A stretch of 64,000 nucleotides of DNA from Patescibacteria group bacterium (GCA_038206475.1 JBBRAU010000001.1:71235-135234); one strand, 5' to 3'; positions 46,515-56,819 are shown, numbered from the stretch's first letter. The notes: generated by a model not told the origin, from the letters alone. A program made the numbers and translations.

Positions 46515-47530
46515 AACAGGACGCTCAGAACAATGACATCATCATTTATGAAGGCGAGAACGGCCAGCCGAAAATTGAGGTGCGTGTTGAGGGTGAAACC
46601 GTATGGCTTACTATTGACCAAATGGCCACGTTATTTAACAAAGGACGCTCAACGGTAAATGAGCATATCATCAACATCTATCACGAAAAAGAGCTAGTCG
46701 AGGCTGATTCTGTGAGAAAAATCGGTAATTCCGATTTTTCTACCAAACCCACAAACTACTATAATCTCGACGTTGTCATTTCTGTTGGTTACCGCGTAAG
46801 TTCTGTCCAGGGTACGCGCTTTCGCCAGTGGGCAACCGCACGCCTGCGAGAGTACATCGTCAAAGGCTTCACCATGGACGATGAGCGTCTCAAGAGTTCA
46901 GGTGGCGGAACGTACTGGAAAGAGCTTTTAGAACGCATTCGCGATATTCGGAGCAGCGAGAAGGCCCTTTATCGTCAGGTGTTGGATTTGTATGCGACAA
47001 GTCTAGACTACAACTCAAAAAGCAAAGAAACAGGAGAGTTCTTTAAAACGGTGCAGAACAAACTTCACTACGCCACGAACCAGCAAACTGCCACCGAGCT
47101 TATCCATGCGCGGGCTGATGCTAACAAAGACTTCATGGGACTCACCACCTTTGCCGGAACTATACCTAAGCGATCAGAGGTTTCCATAGCCAAGAATTAT
47201 CTGACCGAAGACGAGCTCTTTCGCCTGAACCGCTTGGTGTCTGCTTTTTTCGACCTTGCTGAAATCAAAGCGCAAGACCATATGCCGATGCATATGAAAG
47301 ACTGGATGGCGGAGCTCGACAAATTTGCTGGGATGTATGGTAAGGGCGTACTGAAAAATGCGGGTGTCGTGAGACATGACGCTGCCATGAAGAAAGCCGA
47401 CCGGGAGTACCGAAAATATCAGGCCAAAACCCTTTCACCCGTTGAAGAAGCATATTTGGCCACGATCAAGGCTTTGCAGAAAAAGGTGGAGAAAAAAGTG
47501 AAAGAGAGCAAGCCAAAGAGTAAAAAGTAA
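46511..47530 (+). CDS. RhuM-family protein embedded in the Type I R-M operon
   Basis: N-terminus DIIIYEGENGQPKIEVRVEGETVWLTIDQMATLFNKGRSTVNEHI resembles the RhuM N-terminal region. Position between hsdM and hsdS, with ATGA overlap to hsdM. Confidence 0.55.
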   Translation: MKQDAQNNDIIIYEGENGQPKIEVRVEGETVWLTIDQMATLFNKGRSTVNEHIINIYHEKELVEADSVRKIGNSDFSTKPTNYYNLDVVISVGYRVSSVQGTRFRQWATARLREYIVKGFTMDDERLKSSGGGTYWKELLERIRDIRSSEKALYRQVLDLYATSLDYNSKSKETGEFFKTVQNKLHYATNQQTATELIHARADANKDFMGLTTFAGTIPKRSEVSIAKNYLTEDELFRLNRLVSAFFDLAEIKAQDHMPMHMKDWMAELDKFAGMYGKGVLKNAGVVRHDAAMKKADREYRKYQAKTLSPVEEAYLATIKALQKKVEKKVKESKPKSKK

Positions 47531-47532
47531 TT

Positions 47533-48672
47533 ATGGCAAAAAATCAAAGCAAAATTGAGAAGCTGATTGCCGAGTACTGTCCCAACGAGGTGGAGTTTAA
47601 AAAGCTCGGAGAGGTCTGTGAAATTACTGATAATAAAAGGAGACCCGTAGCATCGAGTTTACGTGTAGCAGGCAAAATACCATACTATGGTGCAAACAAC
47701 ATACAAGACTATGTTGAAGGTTTCACACATGAAGGTGATTTTGTATTAATTGCTGAGGATGGATCCGCAAACTTAGAAAATTATTCAATCCAGTTTGCGA
47801 CCGGAAAGTTCTGGGCAAATAACCATGTTCATGTTGTTAGAGGATACGATAAATTAAATAATAGGTTTTTATTTCATTATTTAAGAAGCATGAAGTTTAT
47901 TCCATTCTTAACAGGTGGAACTCGTGCAAAGCTTACCAAAAGCAAGATGCTAGAAATAATAATCCCTATTCCGCCGCTTGCGGTGCAGGAGGAGATTGTC
48001 AACATTCTTAATAGCTTTACAGAGCTAGAAGCAGAGCTAGAAGCAGAGCTAGAAGCTAGAAAGATGCAGTACGAGCATTACCGCTCGGCACTTCTGACAT
48101 TTAACGAGGGGGGGGTACGGAGGCCGAGGCTTGATGAAGTATGCCAATCGATTCTCGCAGGCGGAGATTTGCCAGAAAATTATTCGAAGGGTCAAAATAT
48201 GCCAACCCAAGAACTTCCATTCCCCATATATTCAAACGGTTCCGATGATAAAGCGTTGTATGGCTATTCTGATAGCTACAGTATCGGTAGCGAGGCCGTA
48301 ACTATTTCGGCGCGTGGGACCATCGGCTACCACACGGTACGCAAAGCGAAATTCACACCGATTGTTCGTCTCATTACCCTTATTCCCAACACTGAAATTA
48401 TTTCACCAAGGTTTTTAAGCTACGCTCTCGATGTTACTGAAATTGGCCATAGCGGCGGTAGTATTCCACAGTTGACTGTCCCAAATGTCAAAAAAATTCA
48501 AATCCCTGTTCCTGAAATCGCCGAGCAAGAGCGTATCGTGTCTATTTTGGATAAGTTTAATGCACTCGTGAATGACATTTCCGTTGGCCTGCCGGCAGAG
48601 CTTGCTGCGCGTCGGTCGCAATACGAATATTATCGAGGTAAGCTCCTGACATTTAATGAAATGACAGTATGA
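47533..48672 (+). CDS. hsdS: Type I restriction-modification specificity subunit
   Basis: Two target-recognition domains separated and followed by conserved helical repeats (..QYEHYRSALLTFNEG and ..QYEYYRGKLLTFNE). The central region contains an ELEA x3 repeat. Confidence 0.85.
   Translation: MAKNQSKIEKLIAEYCPNEVEFKKLGEVCEITDNKRRPVASSLRVAGKIPYYGANNIQDYVEGFTHEGDFVLIAEDGSANLENYSIQFATGKFWANNHVHVVRGYDKLNNRFLFHYLRSMKFIPFLTGGTRAKLTKSKMLEIIIPIPPLAVQEEIVNILNSFTELEAELEAELEARKMQYEHYRSALLTFNEGGVRRPRLDEVCQSILAGGDLPENYSKGQNMPTQELPFPIYSNGSDDKALYGYSDSYSIGSEAVTISARGTIGYHTVRKAKFTPIVRLITLIPNTEIISPRFLSYALDVTEIGHSGGSIPQLTVPNVKKIQIPVPEIAEQERIVSILDKFNALVNDISVGLPAELAARRSQYEYYRGKLLTFNEMTV
48023..48058 (+). repeat. 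12-bp tandem repeat GAGCTAGAAGCA x3 (encodes ELEA x3) in the hsdS central spacer region
   Basis: Exact tandem copies seen directly in the sequence, inside the central conserved region between TRD1 and TRD2. Confidence 0.85.
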
Positions 48673-49334
48673 ACCAAATTATTTACATCCTCACTAATGA
48701 GTCAATGCCTGAATATATAAAAATCGGGTTTACTCATGGCGAGGTGAACGAAAGAATTAAGCAACTTGACAGAACGGGCGTGCCACTTCCTTTTGAAATT
48801 TACTACGCAGCTACTGTGGAGAATGCAGAGAATGAGGAGAAATGGCTACACTCTATTTTTGCTGACCGTAGAGCGCGCGATAGTCGTGAATTTTTCAGGA
48901 TGAGTCCGGAACACGCAACTCTTGCACTTAAGCGGGTTGAAATTACCGAGGAAAAAATAGAGAACATCCTAACTAAAGAGCAGGAAAAAGAAGTAGACAA
49001 GGCAAAAGAAAGAAGGGCGCGATTTCAGTTTGCTCAGTATGGAATTCCTGTCGGTTCTAAACTGACATTCACTAGAGACGAAGGTATCGTCGCTGAAGTT
49101 GTGGAGAACGATAAAATAAAAATTGGTGACAGCGTAAGCAGCCTATCCACCTGCGCGATGGAGCTGTTGGGGTATCAGAGACGGCCGCAGGGAACCTTAT
49201 ACTTCAAGTTCAAGGACGAGATATTAGATGACAGGCGAAAGAGAATGGATGAGGTGGAACCAACGCCAAAGGGCGTAGAAGCTGCTGGTGATGAGTGGAT
49301 GTCACAACAGGCAGAAATAGAACAAGGAAAATAA
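48669..49334 (+). CDS. T5orf172/GIY-YIG-like domain protein embedded between hsdS and hsdR
   Basis: N-terminus IIYILTNESMPEYIKIGFTHGEVNERIKQLDRTGVPLPFEIYYA fits the T5orf172 (GIY-YIG-like) pattern; 221 aa; ATGA overlap with hsdS. Confidence 0.5.
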   Translation: MNQIIYILTNESMPEYIKIGFTHGEVNERIKQLDRTGVPLPFEIYYAATVENAENEEKWLHSIFADRRARDSREFFRMSPEHATLALKRVEITEEKIENILTKEQEKEVDKAKERRARFQFAQYGIPVGSKLTFTRDEGIVAEVVENDKIKIGDSVSSLSTCAMELLGYQRRPQGTLYFKFKDEILDDRRKRMDEVEPTPKGVEAAGDEWMSQQAEIEQGK

Positions 49335-49335
49335 T

Positions 49336-52300
49336 ATGTCCACTAACAATAAATACCATCTTGTTTCTGAAAATACGCAAAGCACCGTTGTGGCCGAATT
49401 TGCACCAGACGGCGTTCGTGTGGCGCACTATCAAAGCGAAGCAGAACTAGAAAAAGCGCTTATTCAGCAGCTTGAAACACAGGCATATGAATACGTGGCC
49501 ATTGCTACTGAAGCCGACTTGGTGGCGAACCTGAGAAAACAGCTAGAGAAACTGAACAATTTTACGTTTGGCGATAGCGAATGGGAACATTTCTTTACTG
49601 GCGAACTTGCCAACCCGAATCAGAGTATTGAAGAAAAGACAGCGACTATTCAAGAGGACTACATTAAAAACCTTACGCGCGATGACGGCACAATCAAAAA
49701 TGTGTACTTGTTAAAAAAAGACAACATTCATAATAATAGCTTGCAGGTTACCAATCAGTACGCCACAGAAGACGGTATGCGGGCTAATCGCTACGATGTG
49801 ACAGTGCTTGTGAATGGTCTGCCAATGGTGCACATCGAGCTAAAACGGCGCGGTATAGCCATTCAAGAGGCCTTCAATCAGATTAATCGCTATCAGCGCG
49901 AAAGTTTTTGGGCGGCCAGTGGGCTATTCGAATATGTGCAGTTGTTTATTATTTCCAATGGTACTCACACCAAATACTACAGCAACACCACGCGTAAAGA
50001 ACACATTAAAGATGCAAGCGAAGGCGCGGCGAAACAAGGCAAGCGCTCAAGCAACAGTTTTGAATTTACAAACTGGTGGGCCGACGCCACTAACCGGCCA
50101 ATTTCCGATCTAATGGATTTTGCCCAGACCTTTTTTGCCAAACACACGCTTCTTAATATCCTCACTCGTTACTGCGTATTTACGACCGATCGACAGCTTC
50201 TGGTGATGCGCCCATATCAAATTGTGGCAACCGAACGAATACTGAACCGCATTGAGGTGAGTACAAATTATAAGCAGCTCGGCACCATAGAAGCCGGTGG
50301 GTATGTATGGCACACCACTGGGTCAGGGAAAACTCTGACAAGCTTCAAAACAGCCCTACAGGTGAGCAAACTGGCGTATGTAGACAAAGTGGTGTTTGTG
50401 GTTGACCGCAAAGATTTAGACTACCAAACTATGCGCGAATACGACAAGTTCGAGAAAGGCGCAGCCAACAGCAACACCTCGACGGCGGTATTAAAACGAC
50501 AGTTGGAAAATCCGCAAGCCCGAATCATTATCACAACCATTCAAAAGCTCGATCATTTCGTAAGCCGCAACGCCGGACACCGTATTTTTGACGGTCACGT
50601 CGTACTTATTTTTGACGAATGCCATCGCTCACAGTTTGGTGATATGCACGCCGCAATCACAAAGGCCTTCAAGAATTACCACATTTTCGGTTTTACGGGC
50701 ACGCCAATTTTTGCGGTCAACGCGTCCTCTGGAGGCCGTCCAGATTTCAAAACGACCGAGCAGGCCTTTGGCGATAAATTGCACACGTACACCATTGTAG
50801 ACGCGATTGCCGACAAAAATGTTCTACCGTTTAAGGTGGATTATGTTTCTACGGTTCGTGAAGCCGAGGATATTGAAGATAAAAAAGTAAGCGATATTGA
50901 TCGCGAGGCAGTGCTCGCTTCTCCAGAGCGTCTGGCGAATATTGTCGGTTATATTCGTGAGCATTTTGATCAAAAAACGAAGCGCAATAGCTTCTACAAA
51001 CTGAAAGACCGGCGGTTGGCCGGCTTTAATTCTCTCTTTGCCGTTTCGTCAATTGATGTCGCTAAGAAGTACTATGTTGAGTTCAAGCGTCAGCTCGCCG
51101 ACGCGCCAAGTGATAAGCGTCTCAAAATAGCGACCATATTCAGCTTTGGTGTCAATGACGATGATGCCGACGGTATGCTAGATGAAAACTCAGATGACAC
51201 GAGCGGGCTAGACGCAAGTTCACGGGACTTTTTGGAACATGCTATCGCTGACTATAATGCGATTTTTGGGACTTCGTACGACACGTCGTCCGACAAATTT
51301 TCCAATTATTACAAAGATGTGAGCTTGCGCGTTAAAGGCCGCGAGATTGATATTTTGATCGTCGTCAACATGTTTTTAACTGGCTTTGATGCAACAACGC
51401 TTAACACACTCTGGGTTGATAAAAACTTGCGACTTCACGGCCTATTGCAAGCTTTCTCGCGGACAAACCGTATTCTCAACAGCGTAAAGACTTTTGGCCA
51501 TATCGTGTGCTTCCGCAATTTAGAAAAGGCAACGAATGAATCAATTGCGCTTTTTGGTGATAAAGAAGCCAGAGGCGTTGTATTGCTAAAATCATATGCT
51601 GAATACTACGGGGGTTACGTGCACGGTGATAAGGCGGTGCTTGGCTATGCAAATCTCGTCGCTGAGCTGCTTGAGAAGTATCCTATTGGGCAGGCTATTA
51701 TTGGCGAACAAAGTCAAAAGCATTTTATCAGACTATATGGCGCAATTTTGCGTGTGCGGAACATTTTGACGACATTTGATGAATTTGTGGGCAACGAAAT
51801 TTTGACCGCGCGTGATGTGCAAGACTACCACAGCATGTACATTGACCTCTATAACGAATTTAGCAAAGGCGTGGAAGACGACAAAGAGAACATTATCGAT
51901 GACGTCGTATTTGAGATGGAACTGATCAAACAGATTGAAATAAATATTGACTACATTTTGGGGCTCATCAAACACTATCATGAAGATCATACTCAAAACC
52001 GTGAGCTTTTGGCGGATATCAACAAAGCAATCGACTCAAGTATTGAACTGCGAAACAAAAAGGATCTTATTAATCAATTTATTTTATCGCTCGACATACA
52101 CTCAGTGGTTGATGATGATTGGCAGAAGTTTGTCAACCAGAAAAAGACGGAAGAACTTGAGCAAATTATTGAGACCGAAGGGCTGGATCGCGATGCCACC
52201 TATACGTTTGTGCGAAACGCCTTCCGCGACGGAGGCGTAATGGTGACCGGCACAGACATCTCTCGTGTTCTGCCTCCGGTATCTCGCTTTTTAGCAACCG

Positions 52301-52395
52301 GCGAGCGTTCTGAGAAACGCAATAGCGTGCTCAATAAATTAACGAGTTTCTTTGAGCGATTCTTCGATATCTCCGGCGGTTCATTCACGGACTAG
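49336..52395 (+). CDS. hsdR: Type I restriction endonuclease R subunit
   Basis: N-terminal nuclease domain, DEAD-box helicase motifs (TGSGKTLT, DECHRSQ), 1019 aa. Confidence 0.9.
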   Translation: MSTNNKYHLVSENTQSTVVAEFAPDGVRVAHYQSEAELEKALIQQLETQAYEYVAIATEADLVANLRKQLEKLNNFTFGDSEWEHFFTGELANPNQSIEEKTATIQEDYIKNLTRDDGTIKNVYLLKKDNIHNNSLQVTNQYATEDGMRANRYDVTVLVNGLPMVHIELKRRGIAIQEAFNQINRYQRESFWAASGLFEYVQLFIISNGTHTKYYSNTTRKEHIKDASEGAAKQGKRSSNSFEFTNWWADATNRPISDLMDFAQTFFAKHTLLNILTRYCVFTTDRQLLVMRPYQIVATERILNRIEVSTNYKQLGTIEAGGYVWHTTGSGKTLTSFKTALQVSKLAYVDKVVFVVDRKDLDYQTMREYDKFEKGAANSNTSTAVLKRQLENPQARIIITTIQKLDHFVSRNAGHRIFDGHVVLIFDECHRSQFGDMHAAITKAFKNYHIFGFTGTPIFAVNASSGGRPDFKTTEQAFGDKLHTYTIVDAIADKNVLPFKVDYVSTVREAEDIEDKKVSDIDREAVLASPERLANIVGYIREHFDQKTKRNSFYKLKDRRLAGFNSLFAVSSIDVAKKYYVEFKRQLADAPSDKRLKIATIFSFGVNDDDADGMLDENSDDTSGLDASSRDFLEHAIADYNAIFGTSYDTSSDKFSNYYKDVSLRVKGREIDILIVVNMFLTGFDATTLNTLWVDKNLRLHGLLQAFSRTNRILNSVKTFGHIVCFRNLEKATNESIALFGDKEARGVVLLKSYAEYYGGYVHGDKAVLGYANLVAELLEKYPIGQAIIGEQSQKHFIRLYGAILRVRNILTTFDEFVGNEILTARDVQDYHSMYIDLYNEFSKGVEDDKENIIDDVVFEMELIKQIEINIDYILGLIKHYHEDHTQNRELLADINKAIDSSIELRNKKDLINQFILSLDIHSVVDDDWQKFVNQKKTEELEQIIETEGLDRDATYTFVRNAFRDGGVMVTGTDISRVLPPVSRFLATGERSEKRNSVLNKLTSFFERFFDISGGSFTD

Positions 52396-52505
52396 CCAAA
52401 GTCACCATACGTAAATGGCAAGAGTAGGGTTTGGGCATCTTGGAAAAATAGCTACTCTAAAGCGCGTTTTTTGACACTCTGCTCGCGCCTTGCTTGAGTG
52501 AAGTT

Positions 52506-55451
52506 ATGCCAGACGACCTCGTTCAACAAGTAAAGCAACGCCTTGACATCCTTGACTTGGTCCAAGGCTATGTTCAGTTGAAAAAAACCGGCATTAACTG
52601 GAAGGGCCTCTGCCCGTTCCACCAAGAGAAAACGCCGTCGTTTACCGTCAACCAAGAACGTCAGAGCTGGCACTGTTTTGGCTGCTTCCCGAAGGGTTCT
52701 CATGTAAAAACTCCAAGAGGTTTTTGCGATATTGACCAACTTCGAGCAGGAGACGTTGTTATCTCGGGGAAAGGGCAGGAAAAGTCCGTACTCACGACGC
52801 ATCGTCATATGTATAAGGGCGAGCTCGTCCGTATTTCTTTATGCAAGCTTGGTGGCGAAGTGGCGCTAACCGGGGATCATAAAGTATTCGCTTTACGCGG
52901 AGCGCCTTACACCAAAATCTATAAAAACTTCAGCCGACGCTTGAAGCGCTACCAACAACTGCCAGCGGACCAATATCGACAAAAGCTCGACCGCTACTTC
53001 CCTGTCGAAAAAGTGGAGGCACACGAGTTAACGATTGGCGATTTGTTATTATATCCAATCTCCTACAGGACCGAACCAATCTCTTCGCTAGTCCCTTGTG
53101 ACCATTTAACAAAAACATTCCGTCTTGGGCCGAAACCGAGTGATTTACCAAAAGAGCTCCCGATTACTGACAGTCTACTGAAATTACTCGGATACTATAT
53201 TGCTGAGGGTAGTAACCATCGTGCCTACATTCGATTTAGCCTCGGTGGCCATGAGCTGAAACTCGCTAAAGAGATTCAAGTCTTGCTCAAAGAAGTGTTT
53301 GGCCTGGTCTCTAGCATCCACGTTCGCCAAGGAGGCAAGCCCGGGATAGAGGTTACGTGCTGTCACGCTGCGCTAGCCGATATTTTTGGCAACTTGTGTG
53401 GCAAAGGGGCGGCCAATAAACACATCCCTTTTGAGCTTCGGCACTTGCCAGTAGGCCAACAGCAGGTGCTGCTTAACGCCATCTGGACGGGTGACGGTAC
53501 TGCTCGTGCTAAACATCGGTCACTTAAAATTGAACGCTCAATCGGCAGTATTTCGCAGACACTGGCCGAGCAAATAGTTGATATCTTGCTGCGCAGGCAT
53601 ATCTTTCCCTCGCTTCAGGTTATCCAAGCACATACGAGCGGCGATGGCGTCAAACACAGAATGGCCTACACTGTTGTTTGGGGAGAGGCTGGTGAGGATA
53701 AATACAATAGTGTCTACCAAGCGGCGGGCGGTACTCATTATTGGGTGTTGCCAGTTGTCCATATAGCAAAAGAACCCTTCTGCGACGAGGTGTTCAACCT
53801 GACGATTGAGGATGACCATTCGTATGTCGCGCGCAATTTCGCGGTTGCCAACTGCGGCGAGGGCGGGGACATTTTTACCTTTGTCGAAAAGATTGAACAC
53901 GTTGAATTTAAAGAGGCGCTGGAGCTGCTGGCTGGCCGGGTTGGGCTGGAGGTCAAACCGCAAACGCCGGTTGAGCGTCAGCAGAAGGGCGAAAAGGCGA
54001 AACTTGAGGAGCTATACCAGCTGGCCAGCCGCTTCTACCACGCGTTGCTCATTAACCATCCGCTTGGCCAAGCTGCCCGCGATTACCTCGCCAAGCGGGG
54101 TGTTTCAGCTGAGTCGGTCAAAGCGTGGCAATTGGGTGTGGCGCCCGACCACTGGGACGCCCTGCTCTCGGCACTGCAAAAGCGCGGTTTCACGGCCGAT
54201 GAGTTGGTCAAGGCCGGATTGGCCGTCAAAAATGAGCGCGGCAACATTTATGACCGCTTTCGGAACCGCTTGTTGTTCCCGATTATCACCGCCAGCGGCC
54301 AACCGGTCGCTTTCTCTGGCCGGGTGATAACGGCTGATCAAGAACCCAAATACTTAAACTCGCCTGAGAGCCTGCTCTATCGCAAGAGCAGTGTTGTGAT
54401 GGGACTGAATTTAGCCAAAGAGGCAATTCGGAAGGCCGGCCAAGTAATGGTGGTCGAAGGCAATTTAGATGTCCTTATTTGCCAGCAGTTTGGCCTGACC
54501 AACACCGTCGCTACCGGCGGCACGGCGCTAACGTCTGACCACCTGCGCTTACTGGCTCGCTACGCCCCAGTCGTTATTTTTGCCTTTGATGCGGACGCCG
54601 CCGGCCAGAAAGCGGCTGAAAAGGCGGCGCTGTTGGCGCTAGAGGTGGGCCTGGAGCCACGCTTCATTGCCTTGCCGGCCGGAGATGACCCAGACTCGCT
54701 GCTACGCCGGGATGAAGCCGCCTTCCGCCAGGCTATGGCTGCCGCTCTGCCGGCCGTGCCGTACTTTTTAGAACGGGCGCTCAATGAGTATGGCCAGGCT
54801 ACCGCACAAGCCAAAAAGCAGGTGGCGGCAGCGGTGGTGCCGTTGCTCCGCCGCATACACGATCCAGTCGAGCAGGCGGATTCATTGCAGCAGGTGGCCG
54901 ACCGACTGCATGTGCCACGAGAGGCCATAGAGAGTGCTGTTTCAGCTGAGACGAAGGCAAAAACGACCGTTCCGGTGGTAGCGGCGACCGCCCGCCGCGG
55001 TCCGCTCGAGCCAAGCCAGCGCTTGTTTGGCCTGCTGCTGCTCTCGGAACGGCCACTGCCACCGCTTGACCCACTGCTACAGGATAGTCCAGACAAAACG
55101 CTGCAGTTTTTGCAGGCTCGGCAGGCAGAGGGGATTGGCGACAAGATGAGTTGGGCGACGTGGCAGGCCAAGCAACCGCAGCCAATCCAGGCGCGTTTGG
55201 CCTCACTGCTGACCGTGGCGGCCGAAGCCTACGGTGAGTTGCCACAGGAGCAGTTCGAGGCTGAAATTACGCTGCTTTTGGCGGCGCTGCGTTCCCGGGT
55301 TCTTGAGCACCAGCAATCGGACCGCCAGGCCGAAATTCGGCTGGCCGAGCAGGCGGGCGACAAGGCGCGCGTACGCTCACTGCTGCAAGAGATGATGGAT
55401 GATTTGGTCATGCCCCCACCGGCCAGCGCGGATCCTCGTCAAAAAACATAA
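52506..55451 (+). CDS. dnaG: DNA primase DnaG interrupted by an intein
   Basis: Zinc ribbon CPFHQEKTPSF..WHCFG. The extein resumes CGEGGDIFTFV. TOPRIM (VVEGNLDVL) and a C-terminal helicase-binding domain are present. Start taken at ATG 52506 (MPDDLVQQVK); the ORF-track 52494 is TTG. Confidence 0.85.
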   Translation: MPDDLVQQVKQRLDILDLVQGYVQLKKTGINWKGLCPFHQEKTPSFTVNQERQSWHCFGCFPKGSHVKTPRGFCDIDQLRAGDVVISGKGQEKSVLTTHRHMYKGELVRISLCKLGGEVALTGDHKVFALRGAPYTKIYKNFSRRLKRYQQLPADQYRQKLDRYFPVEKVEAHELTIGDLLLYPISYRTEPISSLVPCDHLTKTFRLGPKPSDLPKELPITDSLLKLLGYYIAEGSNHRAYIRFSLGGHELKLAKEIQVLLKEVFGLVSSIHVRQGGKPGIEVTCCHAALADIFGNLCGKGAANKHIPFELRHLPVGQQQVLLNAIWTGDGTARAKHRSLKIERSIGSISQTLAEQIVDILLRRHIFPSLQVIQAHTSGDGVKHRMAYTVVWGEAGEDKYNSVYQAAGGTHYWVLPVVHIAKEPFCDEVFNLTIEDDHSYVARNFAVANCGEGGDIFTFVEKIEHVEFKEALELLAGRVGLEVKPQTPVERQQKGEKAKLEELYQLASRFYHALLINHPLGQAARDYLAKRGVSAESVKAWQLGVAPDHWDALLSALQKRGFTADELVKAGLAVKNERGNIYDRFRNRLLFPIITASGQPVAFSGRVITADQEPKYLNSPESLLYRKSSVVMGLNLAKEAIRKAGQVMVVEGNLDVLICQQFGLTNTVATGGTALTSDHLRLLARYAPVVIFAFDADAAGQKAAEKAALLALEVGLEPRFIALPAGDDPDSLLRRDEAAFRQAMAAALPAVPYFLERALNEYGQATAQAKKQVAAAVVPLLRRIHDPVEQADSLQQVADRLHVPREAIESAVSAETKAKTTVPVVAATARRGPLEPSQRLFGLLLLSERPLPPLDPLLQDSPDKTLQFLQARQAEGIGDKMSWATWQAKQPQPIQARLASLLTVAAEAYGELPQEQFEAEITLLLAALRSRVLEHQQSDRQAEIRLAEQAGDKARVRSLLQEMMDDLVMPPPASADPRQKT
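52683..53852 (+). mobile_element. Intein (390 aa) with LAGLIDADG homing endonuclease inserted in the DnaG zinc-binding motif
   Basis: Begins with Cys right after HCFG (CFPKGSHVKT..) and has a block-B-like TGDH. Two LAGLIDADG-like motifs are LLGYYIAEGS and LLNAIWTGDG. It ends ..DDHSYVARNFAVAN followed by extein Cys. Removing it restores HCFGCGEGGD. Confidence 0.7.
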
Positions 55452-55521
55452 TTTGTGGTAGTATGAAATTGAATAGCAATAGGCGCTCAACAACTAGGCG
55501 CCGGCACCTCTGTGTCGGCAA

Positions 55522-56673
55522 TTGCGAGGCTACGTGACCAAAAAAGTCATTCGTATACAAAAAGAGGATCGGCCAGACTTTCCGGATGGGGTTTTAGAGT
55601 TAGTGGACAAAGGCCGTGGCAGCGGTTTTGTGACGCTGCAGGAGTTGCAGCAAGCCTGGCCTGAGCCAGAATCTGACCTAAATCTTTTGGACGATATTTT
55701 CAACTATCTGTTTGAAAAAGGGGTTGAGGTGCGCGACACGGCGGTTGATGAAGTGGGGTTATTGAGAAGCCAGGCAAAGAATGAAAATATCTCGCGCCTG
55801 TCATTGAAAGATCAGCTCAAAGAGCAAAGTGACGATTTGCGCGATATCTCGGACGACTCAGTGCGTATGTACTTGCGTGAAATCGGCCGCATTCCGCTTC
55901 TTACCGCCGAGGATGAAATTCGATTGGCCAAGCGTATTGCCAAAGGCGACAAAGTGGCCAAGCGGAAGCTGGCCGAAGCTAATTTGCGCTTGGTTGTCTC
56001 CATCGCTAAAAAATACATTGGCCGCGGGTTGGGCCTCTTGGACTTGGTGCAAGAGGGCAACACCGGCCTGCTGCGCGCGGTTGAGAAGTTTGACTACCGA
56101 AAGGGCTACAAATTCTCTACCTATGCCACCTGGTGGGTGCGCCAGGCCATCACGCGGGCTATTGCCGACCAAGCCCGCACCATTCGCATTCCGGTACACA
56201 TGATTGAAACGATCAACAAGCTCATTCGCACCCAGCGTCAGCTGGTGCAAGACCTTGGCCGCGAGCCGCTGCCCGAGGAGATTGCCGCCGAGATGGGCGT
56301 GGATGTTGACAAGGTAGAGCACATCTTAAAAATCTCGCAAGAGACGGTTTCGCTGGAGGCGCCGGTGGGTGAGGAGGAGGACTCCAAGCTGGCTGACTTT
56401 ATTCAAGATACCGAGAGTCTGTCGCCTGAGGAGTCGGCCATCTATCAGCTGCTCAAGGACCATGTTGCCGAGTCGCTGCAGAACCTGTCACCGCGTGAGC
56501 AAAAAATTCTGCGTATGCGCTTTGGCCTGGACGACGGCAAAAGCCACACACTTGAGGAAGTTGGCCAAGAGTTTGGCGTCACGCGTGAGCGCATTCGCCA
56601 AATTGAAGCCAAGGCGCTGCAGAAGTTGAAAAAGCACGAAACGGCCAAAAACCTCAAAGACTACCTGGACTAA
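55522..56673 (+). CDS. rpoD: RNA polymerase primary sigma factor (sigma-70)
   Basis: Regions 2-4 conserved ([54 protein letters not shown]). TTG or GTG start is uncertain. Confidence 0.9.
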   Translation: MRGYVTKKVIRIQKEDRPDFPDGVLELVDKGRGSGFVTLQELQQAWPEPESDLNLLDDIFNYLFEKGVEVRDTAVDEVGLLRSQAKNENISRLSLKDQLKEQSDDLRDISDDSVRMYLREIGRIPLLTAEDEIRLAKRIAKGDKVAKRKLAEANLRLVVSIAKKYIGRGLGLLDLVQEGNTGLLRAVEKFDYRKGYKFSTYATWWVRQAITRAIADQARTIRIPVHMIETINKLIRTQRQLVQDLGREPLPEEIAAEMGVDVDKVEHILKISQETVSLEAPVGEEEDSKLADFIQDTESLSPEESAIYQLLKDHVAESLQNLSPREQKILRMRFGLDDGKSHTLEEVGQEFGVTRERIRQIEAKALQKLKKHETAKNLKDYLD

Positions 56674-56689
56674 CCTAGCGGTAGGAAAA

Positions 56690-56715
56690 ATCGAGCCGGA
56701 GGGCTCGATTTTTTG
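56690..56715 (+). terminator. Intrinsic terminator after rpoD
   Basis: ATCGAGCC-ggag-GGCTCGAT followed by TTTTTT. Confidence 0.5.
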
Positions 56716-56744
56716 TGCCTGTTATGCTAATTTGGGCATATTGT

Positions 56745-56819
56745 TCCTGGGTAGCTCAATGGCAGAGCGGCTGGCTGTTAACCAGCGGGTTGTCGGTTCG
56801 AGTCCGACCCCAGGAGCCA
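56745..56819 (+). tRNA. tRNA-Asn, anticodon GTT
   Basis: Manual fold: acceptor TCCTGGG/CCCAGGA, anticodon stem GCTGG with loop CTGTTAA, T-arm GTCGG/TTCGAGT/CCGAC, CCA encoded. Confidence 0.85.

Noticed and set aside
48023-48058. Possible CRISPR-like repeat
   Set aside because: It is only a 12-bp in-frame tandem repeat (x3) inside hsdS with no spacers, so it is a coding SSR and not a CRISPR array. No CRISPR array or cas gene was seen anywhere in the window.
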